Below, one piece after another: positions 62,178-64,000 of a stretch of 64,000 nucleotides of DNA. Position 1 is the stretch's first letter; the number at the start of each line of letters is the position of its first letter. The position numbers and the translations under genes are program-made. The DNA lies in the NCBI GenBank assembly GCA_964016885.1, contig OZ024741.1, positions 314,774,001 through 314,838,000 of the forward strand, written 5' to 3'. The notes beneath the pieces are model-generated. The model saw only the letters and a program-made list of their open reading frames with translations. It made no database searches and was not told the DNA's origin. The DNA is from Eledone cirrhosa. Lineage: Eukaryota.

Positions 62178-64000
62178 ATGTCTAATGATGAAATCTCATA
62201 CCGGATCGGCCGTCACCCGGGTAAAAAAGGGCCGCGTCCCTCAGAGAGGAACCAGACTGGGGTCGAAAAATCAGCTAATGGTTCAAACCTTCCCATCACT
62301 TCGGAGCTGGAGACCTCCCATAACCGGAATACTCCTACTGTTGGCCCTCCATGCTCACCACCAAGAAATCCAAAGAAAAAGAGAGAAAAATGGTCAAGGG
62401 AAGATAATAAAGAAGTCCTTGAGGCTTTCTACACTGCCATGTACTACCCATCAAATACATCGAATACAGAGCAAACATATATCAACTGGAAAAAGAAACA
62501 TCCCGAAAACAGAGGCTATATTGACAGTAACAAACTAGCCAATATACGAAGAAATATTGTAAGAAAAAAGTTACTAACTGATATAGAAATTGATCAGATC
62601 AAGCTAGTAGCACAAAGTCAGCGAAGGGAAAATGAAGCATGTGTCAGTGAAAACGAGGTAAACTGTAACACTTCGAATCCCAGAGTTGGGGCGGAATCAC
62701 TGGCAACAGAACAAATTAAAGAAAGGAGCGAAAAAGTGGAGGGAGTGCATGCTCAGGATGAAACTCCAAATGAAAATAATGAGATCGTAAATGATAAAGA
62801 AATGAATGAGAATGAACTTGCCAACTTGAAGGATGAAATTATGATCGAATGGATGAAAATGAAAGAATCTGACATGGGGGAACGAGACACCCTCCCTAAG
62901 ATCCAGAACTCCAAACAGAACCAAAAGATAATACACAAGACTAACATAATTCTCAAAAACATTATCATCACAAACAAAATAAACATTACTGACTTAAATC
63001 ATCTCTATTATGCATCGGCTAAAGTCACCACTCACTTATGTGGAGTGAAGATGAAAAAACAAAGGAATTCCCACAAGAAATCTACTTGGCAAGATAACAT
63101 CAATCGCCAAATAAACCTTCTCCGATCTGACATAGAAATTTTAACAAACTATAAAGTAGGTGAACATGTTAAACAAACTAAACTTAGAAAATTGAAAAAA
63201 AAGTACAGTATAAGATCAACATGTGACATAGACATGCTGATAGAAACAATCAAGCAAAAAGTGTCGGCCAAAGCTGCTCGTATAAGGCGCTTTGAAAAAC
63301 GATCTAGATTCTATAAGGACAATAATATGTTCAAAAACAACCAAAGAAACTTCTACAAAAAAATTGGTAAGTCAACAATAACTGCTAAATCAATACCACC
63401 CAAGGAGGAAGTGCAAGAATTCTGGGAAAAGATCTGGGCCGAAGAAAAAGTTCATAACATACATGCCCCATGGATAAACAGACAAATGAAAGAAACAGCT
63501 CACCTTGAAGAACAAACATGGGAAAATATAAAAGTTGAACAGCTGCGCTTGGCTCTAAGAAAAACCAGCAAATGGAAATCCCCAGGAAAAGACAAAATAC
63601 AAAACTTTTGGATAAATGCCTTCACAGAGTCTCATGAGCTGTTAGCCCAACTTTACAATGAAATAGTTAAGGAGCCAGAAAAGATACCATCATGGCTAGT
63701 TAACGGCATTACATTCCTGCTACCGAAGAATGATGAGACAAACAATCCCAAAAATTACAGACCGATAACCTGCTTGACCACAATGTATAAAATTTTAATA
63801 AGGATCGATGCCATAAACACGCTTGCCATACCAGTAGTAACCTACAGTTACAATGTCATCAACTGGTCAAGCCCAGAGATCCGTAGGCTCGATACAAAAA
63901 TCCGAAAATTCTTAACCATCCACAGAATGTATCACCCTAAGGCAGACATAGATAGAATATATCTCCCTAGGAAAGAAGGAGGACGTGGGTTAATCCAGTT
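62178..64000 (+). CDS. Dong family A ORF, open to the window end, RT core deleted in frame
   Basis: Manual translation from ATG 62178 (MSNDEISY...KWSREDNKEVLEAFY...WKSPGKD...NYRPITCLTTMYKIL|IRIDAINTLAIP...RKEGGRGLIQ) shows no stop; absent from the ORF track because it has no stop within the window. Confidence 0.85.
   Translation, partial: MSNDEISYRIGRHPGKKGPRPSERNQTGVEKSANGSNLPITSELETSHNRNTPTVGPPCSPPRNPKKKREKWSREDNKEVLEAFYTAMYYPSNTSNTEQTYINWKKKHPENRGYIDSNKLANIRRNIVRKKLLTDIEIDQIKLVAQSQRRENEACVSENEVNCNTSNPRVGAESLATEQIKERSEKVEGVHAQDETPNENNEIVNDKEMNENELANLKDEIMIEWMKMKESDMGERDTLPKIQNSKQNQKIIHKTNIILKNIIITNKINITDLNHLYYASAKVTTHLCGVKMKKQRNSHKKSTWQDNINRQINLLRSDIEILTNYKVGEHVKQTKLRKLKKKYSIRSTCDIDMLIETIKQKVSAKAARIRRFEKRSRFYKDNNMFKNNQRNFYKKIGKSTITAKSIPPKEEVQEFWEKIWAEEKVHNIHAPWINRQMKETAHLEEQTWENIKVEQLRLALRKTSKWKSPGKDKIQNFWINAFTESHELLAQLYNEIVKEPEKIPSWLVNGITFLLPKNDETNNPKNYRPITCLTTMYKILIRIDAINTLAIPVVTYSYNVINWSSPEIRRLDTKIRKFLTIHRMYHPKADIDRIYLPRKEGGRGLIQ

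Overview
Eukaryotic DNA, probably from an octopod cephalopod judging by the SINE family. No host gene is recognisable; the window is almost entirely non-LTR retrotransposons. From about 15.6 kb to the end, elements are chained through short (TAA)n microsatellites. Tx1/L1-clade LINEs (APE-RT-zinc finger ORF2, CCHC ORF1; two families) all end in C|(ATT)n with no poly(A). R4/Dong-clade LINEs (RT-CCHC-RLE; two families) all end in (AAT)n, so the two clades sit on opposite strands of the same repeat. The same rule holds in the inverted block at 1-7.7 kb. A near-identical 9.6 kb tandem duplication (about 39.5-58.7 kb) produced a chimeric Tx1 copy. The 7.7-15.5 kb region holds older Tx1, CRE-like, RTE, Penelope-like and SINE fragments. 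A Dong ORF absent from the ORF track starts at 62178, is open to the window end, and has its RT core deleted in frame. All comparisons were made by eye; family names are provisional.
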